From the NCBI RefSeq assembly GCF_009914755.1, contig NC_060925.1: a DNA stretch of 64,000 nucleotides. The stretch is one strand, 5' to 3'. This stretch comes from the human T2T-CHM13v2.0 reference genome, Homo sapiens. Of the stretch, positions 37,933-51,540 are shown in pieces (position 1 is the stretch's first letter; the number at the start of each line of letters is the position of its first letter). The notes below the pieces were generated by a model. The model was not told the DNA's origin. It ran no database searches and was given only the letters and a program-made list of their open reading frames with translations. Both the position numbers and the translations under genes were made by a program.

Positions 37933-38273
37933 TATTATTTTATTTTATTTTATTTTTATTTTTTTGAAATAGGGTCTTACAGTGTTGCTCAGGCTAAAGT
38001 GCAGTGGAGTAATCATGGCTCACTGCAGCTGCACACTTCTGGGCTCAAGGGATTCTCCCACCTCAGCCTCCTGAGTAGTTGGCACTATAGGCATGCAACA
38101 TCATGCCTGGCTCATATATGCATTTTATATATATATATATATATTTCTAGAGATGGAGTTCTTGCCTTTTTTCCCAGGCTGGCGTCAATCCTCAAACTCC
38201 TGGGCTCAAGCAGTGCTCCCACCTTGGCCTCCCAAAGTGCTGGGATTACAGATGTGAGCAGCCATGCCTGGCC
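37933..38273 (-). mobile_element. AluJ-type full-length with (TA)n linker
   Basis: Dimeric Alu ending cccaaagtgctgggattacagatgtgagcagccatgcctggcc. Confidence 0.95.
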
Positions 38274-38447
38274 AATACAGAAGATGAAAATTGGAGATTG
38301 TCAATGAACTTGAGATCATTCGTTCAATGCTCATTAATTCAATATTCACTTAACAAATATTTATTGAGTGTTTACTATGGGCCAAGAACTGAGCAAAACA
38401 CTCCACAATACAAGTCTGTGAAATAACCCAAACAAGAGCTGTGCATC

Positions 38448-39310
38448 TGTGCAGATGTTATTTTTGCCACCCGGTATCCAGTATTCATTTTTTGTCAATT
38501 GAAAACCTCTTCCTGAATAACTTATCTCTCGTCCATTATTTGTAACCTAGTTGTGCAGAGGGATGTGACATAAACCCAGACAATCAGACTCACTATTCTG
38601 GAATTTGGAAACTTGTGGGGAAGGACACATGGACAAAACCAATTGTAGCTCATTTAACCCAGTGTCCATTAGTTCATGCTCAAAGCTGCTCTAACTTCCA
38701 CCTTGATCATCTGATTCCATAAGGTAGACCACATTCTATAATAATTTTCCTTTTTGCTTTGGTTGACAAATGTCAGATTGTATTTCTTTCAAGCAAAGAA
38801 CCCTAACTGAAAGAACCTCTGAAAGTGTGACATCATTCATTCTCAGAAGTCTTGGAATCTGTTTCTAGGAAAATCTTTTTATAATATTGATAATGTGGTA
38901 TTAAGTTCTCTTCATCGTTTCTGCCAGAGAATTATGCTTGCTCTTAACCGACAAGCCTTGACACTCATACACATTAGATATGTCTCATCTAATTGTTACT
39001 CATCCATATTGTCTTAGTTGTGCATCAGAGATCCTCTATGCTTTTACTTCCCACATACGTCTATGTAGAATGGAGCCATGCAGAATGTCAAGCCAAATAC
39101 TGCAAGCAAACCTAAAACTGTTTGCACCACATGTGCTACAATCCATTGGCCAAAGCAATTTTCATGGCCAAGAGTGGGAACAGTGAGGTGAGACATGTAC
39201 TCTACTTAACCTGGTGGGAGATATTGTAGGTCATGTGGCAAGGGCATGGATGTACAATTTTATTAAAAGGTGAGAGTGAAGGATTAGAGAAAATAATCTA
39301 GTCTACCACA
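38448..39310. mobile_element. Two old MLT1 LTR remnants (+ ~38448-38813; - ~39130-39310)
   Basis: aagaaccctaactga end; ggtcatgtggcaagggcatggatgta...aatctagtctaccaca. Confidence 0.5.
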
Positions 39311-39714
39311 CCTCCCATTTTCTCTCAGTGCACTGTACGACATCTCTTTTATTTATTGCATGCCATCAGAATACAAGGCAGGTTAAGGGAGAACAGAAAG
39401 AAGGCAGACTCCTAGTTAATATGTGTATTTACACTCGGTCTTGAAGAAGAGAGGAAGTGGATGACAATGTGTTATGATGTTTGGCAAAAGTATTCAGGTC
39501 ACATTTCATAAAAACTCTATTTACCTTATAGACAAAATGTTTTGTGTGCATGTTAAATGTATAAATGTAACTTTTATTAAATACTTTGTGGCAAGTTAGT
39601 GTATGTTCTTTGTGAGCATTATCTCTTAAAATCCTCATAAAAATCCTGTGGGGTTTACAGACTGAAAAAACAAAATTTTGAAAGGTTAAATAAATTTTTG
39701 CAAACATAAGAGAA

Positions 39715-40125
39715 AACTAATTGTTCTGTAGCCCTGGCAACAAGTAGTCAACAGAACTGGTTTTAAACCCAGTTACTTGTTCAACATCTGCTGCAGTGAA
39801 CACGCTTTTATAAACCAACTAATCAGGGCCAGCTCTTTGCTTCTGAAAGTTAGCCAATCAGGATTCACTCCAATAAACATATCCCAGAGTTTCAACCAAT
39901 CCACCACAGTCCCTATCCCCAGTAATCAAACTTCTAAAAATAATGTTAACTTATCTTCACCTCTCCAAGTCTCCTTGAACTGCATGCTTCCCTTAAAACC
40001 CACTGAAGACCAACAGAGCCTGTGACTGATCTAAAGCATCCACTTTTTTTTTTCTGTAGTAGCAACGCATTCAGCTTTGTCTTTTTATTTCAGGTATCAT
40101 GTAATGGTCTCATTGTTCTTTGACA
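39715..40125 (+). mobile_element. Old LTR (MER31/67/90-like) inserted in a MIR
   Basis: CCAAT boxes and a ttcagctttgtcttt...tctttgaca end; antisense MIR halves on either side. Confidence 0.45.
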
Positions 40126-42506
40126 GCAACTTACCCAAGTTTACACAGCTGGCAAATGGTAAAGTCAAGTGACTATCCCAGTTCCATCTGATTTCAGAGC
40201 CTAAACTCCTACTCAGCATGAGGTACTGTTTATCCTCATTCCATAAAAGTGATAGTCCAGGTACTCTTCCCTATAAAAGTTTAGCCTCTGATGGTATTTC
40301 AACTCTTGAATGGTCATTTACCTTTGCATATGTTATGTATCCAACTAACTTGTAAGCTCAGTTGAATCTAACATAATCTCACATTCCCAGTGGTGACCAA
40401 TTCATCAAATATTTGCTTATTATTTTTAAATATATTAAAAAGAATGCTTAGTGTGTGCCAGGCCACCACGATAGTGATGGAATTAGAATGTTTTCGCCCT
40501 CAAGGGCTGGCAGCCTAACTGGAGAGACAGAAAACAGCACTTCAATGTGAATTGTGCTACCACATATATAAGGTGCAGTGTGACCTGCAAGGGAGGAGTT
40601 CCTAAGTCTGACATTAGCATTGTGAGCAGTCTTTAAGAAATGCCAAATGGCTGATATTTGCATATTACTTAGTTATTTGGAGCAAACAATTATTTCAGAG
40701 TCAAGAAAAATGTCCTCAAATTTGCCAATACTTATCGAAGTCAAATATTGAATCAGATATTGCACTAACCCAAATTTGAATTATTTAGGAAGAGGCCACA
40801 TCATAAATGTGTAGTTTATCAGGCGGTAAAAAATACATTTAAGAGAATGCCATTTCCTATTTCTATTGCCCTAAAAATTTAGTTTTAATTTTTCTTACTG
40901 AGTATGGTGATTATTGCCTAATATGGAGTATTACACAATTCAGATACTTGATGCAAAAGATGGTGAGAATATGAAAAAAACACTTAATGATATTTGGTAA
41001 AACAGGAGCTGGCTTAATTAGGAGGCAGACACTCATAATGATCCTCAATTTCACTTGCACTTATTCCTTTTTATTTTTGATACAAAGCTATTTTTCTGGA
41101 TTACTTCCCACTCCTTTTCCTTGGCATTCAAAACATTCCATGTTTTGAAACATGATGTAATCACTGAAATGAAAATTTTGTACACAAGAAAAGAAATCTC
41201 TAGTTTATACACAAGATGTCAGTGCGTTAGGCACAGAAACAATGTTTTCATTTAGTCTTGATTAATGACTGGGAATCGCCTTAGATTTCAGTACTTTCCT
41301 TGCTTTTCTCAAACAACTTTGACCTCTGCTGATAATTTTCCTGGCTGATCCAAGAACTGAGAGCCACTACATAATGGCCATTTCTTCTGCAGAGAGAACT
41401 GAGTGTCTGCTAGGAATGCACTGATTTAATGTGAGGTGATGTATGATATCTTCTGAGTTACAATGATCTGTGGCCTTGGCTAACCAAAAAGTCAGTAAGT
41501 GCATTTCAAAGATTTAAAACATCATTGGGAAAGAGGATTGTGGCTGAAATGACTGCAGACCAAGTTTGGGTCTTTGATGCCTTTCTTCCTGATGCAGCCC
41601 TGTGACTCCAGACTGCCCAGTAGCCCCAGTCTCCTCACACAATTTTCTGGCTTTCTAACTAGGTATTTACTCTTGTGTTCTAACGCTGTATTTTCTTCTC
41701 TTACCCAGAATGTGCCTATTAACAAGTCCAGCACCCGTTCTAGAGGCTGATCATTTGTATCAGATAAAATCATTCCTACACTATCCAAAAGGATGAAAAT
41801 AGCTACAATTTACTGATCACTTACTGAGTTGCTTTAAAGGGCTCATTGCATTTAATACTCACAAAAGCCCTGTAAAGCAATTACCATAAATTTCCCCCAT
41901 TTTACAGATTGCAAATAGAAGATTAAGAGAGGTAAGTCAATTGCTCAAGTTCTTGGAGCCATCAAGCTTCCCATCCAGGTCTCCTGGACTCCAAAGTCCT
42001 CTTCTTTATTGGTGACCAATAAGAGGTTTCAAAGGACATTTTTGATTTGATAAGGAATAGTGCCCACAAGAATTCTGTCTACTGTAGAATTTTGAGTATT
42101 AACAAAAACCTCTAGGGAAAGATATTCTTGTTCAAGTGGTAGCTTTCCTGATGTTTCTTAAATAAAACCAAATAGATAAGTTTTTTACTCACTAGAGGGT
42201 CAGGCTAGTTGTGCTCCACACACTAGTTGTTGTGGTGACAGGAGCAGGAGGAAGAGCCCACAGATATGTACAGCCCTTTTCCCTTGAGACCAACTGTTTA
42301 CCTCCTTCTTTGTGTCAGTAGCCAAGGGAAACATAGAATCACAAAGCACAGAATGATAGAACTTTAGTGTTGGGCTCGTAGAAGTGTTTAAATCTAAACC
42401 CTACATTGTAGGGAGGTAGAAACTGATCAAGGAATAAAGTAACTCAAAGTTACCCAGCCAGGAAGAAGGTAGTGGAGTCAGAATTCAAGCCTTTCTCAAG
42501 TCTTTT

Positions 42507-42640
42507 CCCTCCCTCCCCTTCCTTCCTTCCTTCCTTCCTTCCTTCCTTCCTTCCTTCCTTCCTTCCTTCCTTCCTTCCTTCCTTCCTCCCTCCCTCCCTC
42601 CCTCCCTCCCTGTCTTCCCTCCCTCCCTCCTTCCCTCTCT
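42507..42640. repeat. (TTCC)n-(CCCT)n compound microsatellite
   Basis: Directly visible. Confidence 0.97.
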
Positions 42641-42644
42641 CTTG

Positions 42645-43050
42645 CCATTTATTTTTCAGTGTCTATAATTTGCCAGTCACTGGGTACTGGAAATACAGCA
42701 AACACATTTAAAAAAAATCGTTGCTATGATGGAGTTTACATTCTAATGGGAAGAAACACATAGCAAACAAATACACCAGTAAAATATCTACTATGCCAGA
42801 TGGTGCTAAGAGGTATGGAGAAAAATACAGCAGAGAAGAGTGATAAGGAGAACAGGAGGAGAGAGTGATGTTATTTCAAGTTTCTTGTGAGGAAGTGGCC
42901 ATGAAGAGAATTCCAGATGGGGCAGCGGCAAATGGGGAGCATGCTTGGACTTGGGCTGCTCGAGGAACAACAAGAAGGCTGATGTGGCTGAGAATAGTGA
43001 GCAAGGGGGCAAAGACACAGGGTGAGGATCAAGAGGAGCCAGATGACCCT
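42645..43050 (-). mobile_element. L2 3' fragment
   Basis: catttatttttcagtgtctataatttgccagtcactggg...atggagtttacattctaatggg. Confidence 0.7.
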
Positions 43051-44205
43051 GGCCGTCTTATCCATCAGTCAGCGCATTAGATCAACCTCATTGCCTCAAG
43101 AGGCTCATTTAATGATGAGTCTAATATCTTCCTGTGGCCATGACTAATTTCAGAGACCTATCAACTAGAGATATGGGATGGAGTGTAAAATGTGTTGGAC
43201 TGGGAATGACTCTCCAGGTGCAAGTCCATCCCCTAATTATAATTAGCTCTGTTATTGAACTTGTTTAAGCTTCCTTTTCCTTCTAAGAGGGGGATGATGT
43301 GAACTATCCCAGGGATTTTATGAGGGCTGAAGAAGACAACAAACAAGAAAGCAGTTCGTAAGTGGACATTGTGAGTAATTGAAGTCAGTCAGTCAATAAA
43401 TATTTTTTTCATCATTATTGTGAACAAGGGGTTTCTCCCTTCTGATGTTTACAGCACTGCTTTCTTCTGTCTGACAAGATGTGCAGAGAGACTCCACACC
43501 TTTGGAGAAAAACGAGAGAAAGAAAAGATGTTCCTCTTTGTCTGTATCTTTCTACCATGATCTTCAACTTTATCCCTCACCTGCCAGCAACAGAATGTGG
43601 GAGATTATTATGATCAGTGTGGTCCTCAGTTAACCCTCTGATTAAATACAGCTTATTGTCTTCACTATCAGGGCAAGAGCAGTGTGATCATGGTGTGACT
43701 ACTGGTGTTGGAAAGAAACAGTCTTACCAGCTATGAAATTTATAATGTAGAGATTCTCTGAAGTTTTAAATGTATGGGTATTGACATGGTTGTGTTTCAC
43801 AGCTGTCTATCATAGCAACTTCCAAATCCTTCCATGGAATTCTTTCCATGGAATTTCTTCATTGAAATTTTAAAATAAAAATTATTTTTTAGGGAAACTA
43901 TTATAAACTTGAAACTTCACATACAGACAAGAATTGAACCTCCTTTAATCTAGTTGACAAATACGGTACTTATATAATATTTACTTTATGGAGAGTCCTG
44001 TATTCTCAAGAAAACTATATATAGTTGTATGTAGTTAGAGTCAAGAAAATGGATTTACCGTGTGATCTTAGGGATCCTCATCTCTAAAAAGAGAATAATA
44101 AAAATTGCCTCAAAGAGTTATTATAAAGTTTAATTATATATATATATATATATTTTTTTTTGCCAGGAGATAAGCGAGCAGAAGTCTATCGGCATGTATA
44201 TATAT

Positions 44206-47200
44206 TTTTTCCTTCAACTTTTATTTTAAGTTCAGTGGTACATGTGCAGGATGTGTAGGTTTGTTACATAGGTAAACGTGTGCCATGGTGATTTGCTACA
44301 CAGATCAACCCATCACCCAGGTATTAAGCCCAGTATCCTTTAGATATTCTTCCTGATGCTCTCCCTCCCTCCACCCTCACTCCCAACAGGCTCCAATGTG
44401 TGTTTTTCCCCTGCATATGTCCATGTGTTCTCATTGTTCAGCTCCCACTTATAAGTGAGAACATGTGGTGCTTGGTTTTCTGTTCCTGTGAGTTTGCTGA
44501 AGAGAATGGCTTCCAGCACCGTCCATGTTCCTGCAAAGGACATGATATCATTCCTTTTTATAGCTGCATAGTATTCCATGGTGTATGTGTACCACATTTT
44601 CTTTTTACAATCTATCACTGATGGGCATTTGGGTTGATTCCATGTCTTTGCTATTGTGAATAGTGCTGCAATGAATATACATGTGCATGAATCTTTACAA
44701 TAGAATGATTTGTATTCCTTTGGGTATATACCCAGGAAGTAAAAGTGTTCCTTTTTCTCTGCAACCTCACCAGCACCTTGTGTTTCTGGACTTTTTAATA
44801 ATTACCATTCTGACTGGTGTGAGGGTCTCATTTTGGTTTTGATTTGCGTTTCTCTAATGATCAGCAATGTTGAGCCTTTTTCATATGTTTGTTGGCCCCA
44901 TAAATGTCTTTCTTGGAGAAGCGTCTGTTTATGCCCACTTTTTTGATGCGGTTTTTTGCTTTTTCTTGTAAATTTGTTTAAGTTCCTTGTAGACTCTGGA
45001 TATTAGACCTTTGTCAGATGGATAGATTGCAAAAATTTCTCCCATTCAGTAGGTTGTGTATTCACTCTCATGAGTTTCTTTTACCGTGCAGTAGCTCTTT
45101 AGTTTAATTAGATCCCATTTGTCAATTTTTGCTCTTGTCGCAATTGCTTTTTGGTGTTTTCATCACGAAATCCTTTCCTGTCCCTATGTCCTGAATGGTA
45201 TTGCCTAGATTTTCTTCTAGGGTTTTTATAGTTTTGGGTTTTACATTTAAGTCTTTAATCCATCTTGTGTTAACTTTTGTATAAAGTGTAAAGAAGGGGT
45301 CTAGCTTCAATTTTCTGCATATGGCTAGCCAGTTTTCCCAGCAGCATTTATTAAATAGGGAATCCTTTCCCAATTGCTTGTTTTTATCAGGTTTGCTGAA
45401 GATCAGATAGTTGTAGGTGTGCAGTCTTTTTTCTGAGTTCTCTATTCTGTTCCACCGGTCTGTGTGTCTGTTTCTGTAACAGTAACATGCTGTTTTGGCT
45501 GCTGTATCCTTGTAGTATATAGTTTGAAGTCGGGTAGTGTGATGTCTCCAACTTTCTTCTTTTTGCTTAGAATTGTCTTGGGTATTTGAGCTCTTTTTTG
45601 GTTCCATATGAAGTATAAAATAGTTTTTTTCTAATTCTGTGAAGAATGTTAGTGGTAGTTTAATGGGAATAACATTGAATCTATAAATTACTTTGGGCAG
45701 TATGGCCATTTTCATGATATTGATTCTTCCTATCCATGAGCATTGAATGTTTTTCCATTTGTTTTTGTCCTCTCTGATTTCCTTGAGCAGTGGCTTGTAG
45801 TTCTCCTTGAAGAGGTTCTTCACTTTTTTTTGTTAGCTGTATTCCTAGGTATTTTATACTGTATGTAGCAATTGTTAATGGGAGTTCATTCATGATTTGG
45901 CTGTCTGCTTTCCTGTTTTGGATTATAGGAATGCTAGCAATTTTTGCACATTGATTTTGTATCCTGAGACTTTGTTGAAGTTGCTTATCAGCTTAAGGAG
46001 CTTTGGGGCTGAGATAATGGGGTTTTTTAGATATACAGGATCATGTCATCTGCAAATAGAAACAGTTTGACTTCCTCTCTTCCTATTTGAATACCTTTAT
46101 TTCTTTCTTTTGTCTGATTGCTCTGGCCAGAACTTCCAATACTATGTTGAATAGAAGTGGTCAGAGAGGGCATCCTTGTCTTGTGGTGGTTTTCAAGGGA
46201 AATACTTCCAGCTAGCCCATTTGGTATGATATTGGCTGTGGGTATGTCATAAATGGGTCTCATTATTTTGAGGTATGTTTCATCAATACCTAGTTTATTG
46301 AGTTTTTAACATGTAGGGTTGTTGAATTTTATTGAAGGCCCTTTCTGCATCTATTGAGATAGTCACAGGGTTTTTGTCTTTAGTCCTGTTTATGTGATGG
46401 ATTACATTTATTGATTTGTGTATGTTGAATCAACTTTGCATACAAGGGATGAAGCTGACTTGATCATGGTGGATAAGCTTTTTGATGTGCTGCTGGATTC
46501 AGTTTGCTAGTATTTTATTGAGGATTTTTGCATCAATATTCATCAGGAATATTGGCCTGAATTTTCTCATTTTGTTGTATCTCTGCTAGGTTTTGGTGTC
46601 AGGATGATGCTGGCCTCATAAAATGAGTTAAGGAGGAGTCCCTTCTCCTCATGTTTTGGGTAGTTTCAGTAAGAATAGTACTAGATCTTCTTTGTACCTG
46701 TGGTAGAATTCAGCTATAAATCCCTCTGGTCCCAGACTTTTTTTAGTTGGTAGGCTATTTATTACTGCCTCAATTTCAGAACTTGTTATTGGTCTACTCA
46801 GGGATTCAATTTCTTCCTGGTTCAGTCTTGGGAGGGTGTATGTGTCCAGAATTTATTCACTTCTTGTAGATTGTCTAGTTTATGTGCATAGAGGTGTTTA
46901 TATTACTCTCTGATGGTTTTTTGTATTTCTGTGGGGTCAGTGGTAATATCCCCCTTATCAATTCTGAGTTTTGCTATTTGATTCTTCTCGGTTGTCTTCT
47001 TTATTACTCTAGCTAGCAGTCTGTCTATTTTATTAATTTTTTCCAAAAAACACCTCTCAGATTCACTGATTTTTTTGAAGGGTTTTTTGTGTCTCTATCT
47101 CCTTCAGTTCCACTCTGACCTTGGTTATCTTTTGTCTTATGCTAGGCTATGGAGTTTGCTTGCTATTGGTTCTCTACCTCTTTTAGTTGTGTTGTTAGGT

Positions 47201-49315
47201 TCTTAATTTGAGATCTTTCTAGCTTTTCGATGTGGGCATTTAGTGCTATAAATTTCCCTCTTAACACTGCTTTAGCTGCATCCCAGAGATTCTGGTATGC
47301 TGACTCTCTGTTCTCATTAGTTTCAAAGAACTTCTTAATTTCTGCCTTAATTTCATCATTTACTCTGGAGTCATTTAGGAATGGGTTGTTCAATTTCCAT
47401 GTAGTTGCATGTTTTTGAGTAAATTTCTTAGTCTTGAGTTCTAATTTGATTGCACTGTGGTCTGAGAGACTGTTATGATTTCAGTTCTTTTGCATTTGTT
47501 GAGGAGTGTTTTACTTCCAATTACGTGATCAGTTTTTCTGTATGTGTTATGTGGTGATGAGAAGAATGTATATTCTCTTGTTTTTGGATGGAGAGTTCTG
47601 TAGATATCTATCAGGTCCATTGGATCCAGAGCTAAGGTCTCAGATATGTGTATTAATTTTCTGTTTCAATGATCTGTCTAATATTGTCAGTGAGGTGTAG
47701 AGGTCTCACACTATTATTGTGTGGGAGTATAGGTCTCTTTATAGTTCTCTAAAAACTTGCTTTATGAATCTGGGTACTCCTGTATTGAGTGCTCATATAT
47801 TTAGGATAATTAGGTATTCTTGTTGAATTGAATTCTTTACCATTATATAATGCCCCTTTTTGTCTTTTTTGACCTTTGTTGGTTTAAAGTCTGTTTTGTC
47901 AAAAACTAGGATTGTGACCCCTGCTTTTTTTTTCCATTTACTTGGTAAATTTTCCTCTGTCCCTTTATTTTGAGCCTATGTCTGTCTTTGCATGTGAGAT
48001 GGGTCTCTTGAAGACAGCATACTGATGGGTCTTGACTCTTTATCCAGCTTGCCATTCTGTGTCTTTTGATTGGGGCATTTAGCCCATTTACAATATAAAG
48101 TTAACATTGTTACGTGTAAATTCGAATCTGTCATCATGATGCTAACTGGTTATTTTACAGACTTATTTATGTGATTGCTTCCATAGTGTCACTGATCTGG
48201 GTACTTCAGTGCATTTTTGTAGTGACTGGTAATGGTTTTTCTTTTCTATATTTAGTGCTTCCTTCAGGAGCTCTTGCAATGCAGGTCTGTTGGTAATGAA
48301 TTCCCTCAGAATTTGCTTATCTGAAAAAGATCTTATTTCTCCTTTGCTTGTGAAGCTTAGTTTGCTGAATATGAAATTCTGGGTTGAAAATTCTTTTCTT
48401 TAAGAATGTTGAATATTGGCTCCCCAAATCTTCTAGTTTGTAGGGTCTCTGCTGAGAGGTCTACTGTTAGTCTGATGGGCTTTCCTTTGTATGTCACCTG
48501 ACCTTTCTCTCTGGCAGCTTTAATATTTTTTCTTTCATTTTGATCTTGGGGAATCTCATGCTTATGTGTTTTGAGGTTGAACTTCTCATGGAGTATCTTA
48601 CTGGGGTTCTCTGGATTTCCTGAATTTGAATTTTGGCCTGCCTTTCTAGGTTGGGGAAGTTCTTTTGGATGATATCCTGAAGTATGTTTTCTAACTTGGT
48701 TCCATTCTCCTCATCTCTTTCAAGTACCCCAATCAATCATAGGTTTGGTCTTTTTATGTAGCGCCATATTTCTTGGAGGTTTTGTTTATTCCTTTTCATT
48801 CTTTTTTTCTCTATTCTTGTCTGCCTATCTTATTTCAGAAAGACAGTTTTCAACCTCTGAGATTCTTTCCTCTGCTTGGTCTATTCTGCTATTAATACTT
48901 GTGATTACATTGTGAATTTCTTGTGTTCTGTTTTTCAGCTCCATCAGGTCAGCTTTGCTCCTCTCTAAACTGACTATTCTGGTTATCACTTCCTATATTG
49001 TTTTATCTTTATTCTTAGCTTCTTTGCATTGGGTTACAACATGCTCCTTTAGTTCAGCGTAGCTCATTATTACCCACTTTCTGAAGCCTACTTCTGTCAA
49101 TTTAGCCATCTCAGTCTCAGCTCAGTTTTGTGCTGGAGAGGTGTTGAGGTCATCTGAAGGAGAAGAGGCACTCTTGCGTTTTAAGTTTTTATCATTTTTG
49201 TATGGATTCTTTCTCATTTTGGGGGCTTATGTACCTTCAATTTTTGAGGTTTCTGACCTTTGAATGGGTTTTTTTGTGGGATCTCTTTTCGTTGATGACA
49301 TTGTTATTGCTTTCT

Positions 49316-49351
<36 letters not shown>

Positions 49352-50626
49352 ACAGTCTGGTCACTCTTCTGTAGGGCTCCTGTTGTTTGCTGGGAGATAG
49401 CTCCAGACCCTAGTTGCCTTGGTTTTTCCCTTACCTGGATGTATTACCAGTGAAGGCTGTGAAACAGCAAAGATGGCAGCCTGCTCCTTCCTCTGAAAGC
49501 TCTGTCCCGGGGGTACTGACTTGTTGCTGGCCTGGACGCTCCTGTGGGAGGTGTCTGGAGACTCCTGTTGGGAGGTTTCACTCAGTCAGGAGGAATGGGA
49601 TCAGGAACCTGCTTAAAGAATCAGCCTGGTTGCTTTGGGGAGAGCAGGTGTGCTGCAATGAGGGGAACCCTTCTTCATCCAGACCACCTGGACTCTCTAG
49701 AACCAGCAGGCTGGAAAGGTTGAGCTGACTGAACTGCAGAGATGTTGGCCACCCCTCCCCTCAGGAGCTCTGTCCCAGGGAGAGATCAGAGTTCTGTCCA
49801 TATAACTCTAGTTGGAGTTGCTGAAATTCCTGCAGGGAGGCCCCACCCAGGAAGGAGGGATGGATTGGGGTCCCACTTAAAGAGGCAGTCTGTCTATGAT
49901 CTGGCACAGTAGCTGTATTGTGTTATGGGGGACTCCTCCTCATCGAAATCACCTGGACTGCCTGGAGCTGGCAGGCTAGAATGGCTGAGTTGACCTAACC
50001 ACAGAAATGGCAGCTACCCCTCCCTCTTGGAACTCATCCATCTCAGGCAGTCTTCAGCCTGCTGCAGTGGCTAGCTGGAATTCCAAGCCAGCGGGTTTTT
50101 ACTTGTGAGGTGCCGTGGAAGTGGGGCCAACAGAAAAATGCTGCTTGGCTCCCTGGATTCAGCTCCCTTCATATGCGAATGTACAGATGGAACTCCCGCC
50201 TTGCTGGGATTTCAGGAGCCGGAGACTGTAAAACTCCTGGGTCTCTGTGTGTGCTTGAGTGACTGCTCTGCTGAGACTCTGCACAGTGCTGTGTATCAAA
50301 CCCAAGGCCCTGGTGGTGTGAGCTCATGAGGGGATCTCCAGATCTGTGGGTTGCAAAGATCCATGGGAGAAGTGTGATTTCCTGGGTGGGGCTGCACAAT
50401 CACTCTCTGCTTCCCTTGGCTGGGGGTGAGGGTTCCTTTGGCTCCACACAGCTCCTGGATGCTGTTGCCTCACCCTACTTTTCTTTATTTTCTGTGGGTT
50501 GAGTTGATTGCCTAGTCAGTTCCAGTTAGAGAACCTGGATTTGTCAGTTGAAGGTGCTGAATTCACTTGTTGTTTTCATTTCTCTCCATGAGAGCCATGG
50601 ACCACAGCTGTTTCTAATCGGCCCTC
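44206..50626 (-). mobile_element. Near full-length LINE-1, L1PA10-like, with disrupted ORFs
   Basis: 3'UTR caacttttattttaagttcagtggtacatgtgcaggatgtg; ORF2 pieces (45122-45823; 46027-46263 LFADDMILY); ORF1 piece 48494-48736; 5' end GGCCGATTAGAAACAGCTG; inserted in a MIR. Confidence 0.93.
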
Positions 50627-51339
50627 ATATAATATTTTTAAAGGGTCTGGCACATAGTGCTATATAATTAACGGTTGTTTGGTAAATGACATAACCTTTC
50701 TGATTGCTTGCCTGTTGTTTGGTGAACATTTACCTATCTGTTAAGTTGTTGCTCATGTCTCTGGGAAAAACAAACTTAGGCATTGTGCTTTCATAGTGCT
50801 TGTTACATCTTCAATTAAGCATTTATCATGTTATCATTTAATTATGTATTTATCTTTTCAGTTAGGCCATGCCAAATATAGAGGCTATGCATTTTTCACT
50901 GTGGTACCCAGTCTCCAAAATAAAACAGCATCTGGCACATAGCAGGCACTCAAATACTTTTTTTTTCTTAGTGCGGTGTGCAAAGCCTTCCTATGACTTG
51001 CCTCAAATGTGTGGCCTTGTGTTTCATTACTGCCTACCCCTGGACCCTTGCACTAGAAATGTCCCCTGCACTTCTATAATATGCCATGCTCTTTTACTCC
51101 TTGTTTCCATCCCCACTTTTATGATGGTATGATTGTGTGACTGCGGTACTCACTGCCTAATCCACCCTCACTGTAATACCCCAGGCCCACACAAGCACAC
51201 ACACTTGACTAACTCCTACCTGTCCTGCAATAATAAACTCAAACACCATTTTCTCCAGACTGCCTCTTGGTTAGAACTCTGTTTGGGGACACCTCTTATA
51301 TGTTGCCATTTGTACCCTCTGCATGTAACAATAACCAAT

Positions 51340-51540
51340 ATTTCAGGCATTGGCCCAAGCGCTTCCCTATACTAGCTCATTTAATCTTCACAATAACCTT
51401 ATGAAGTAGCAACTATTAGTAGCTGCAGTTTCAAATGAGACCAGGAGACTCAGAGAGGCTGAATAATTTCTTCAAGTGGCAAGTGGCATGCCAGAATGAA
51501 ACCCAGACAGTCTGACTTCAGAGTCTGTACTCTTAAGACC
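51340..51540 (-). mobile_element. MIR
   Basis: ctcatttaatcttcacaataaccttatgaagtag...gactcagagagg...cagtctgacttcagagtc. Confidence 0.75.

Noticed and set aside
43830-43856. Duplicated palindrome ttccatggaa
   Set aside because: A 14-bp slippage duplication with no further structure.
45122-48736. L1 ORF1/ORF2 fragments as functional genes
   Set aside because: Many frameshifts and stops, plus a ~100-bp deletion near 44735; the element is dead.
49570-50035. ~265-bp diverged tandem duplication in the L1PA10 5'UTR
   Set aside because: Highly diverged and most likely a subfamily-level 5'UTR feature.
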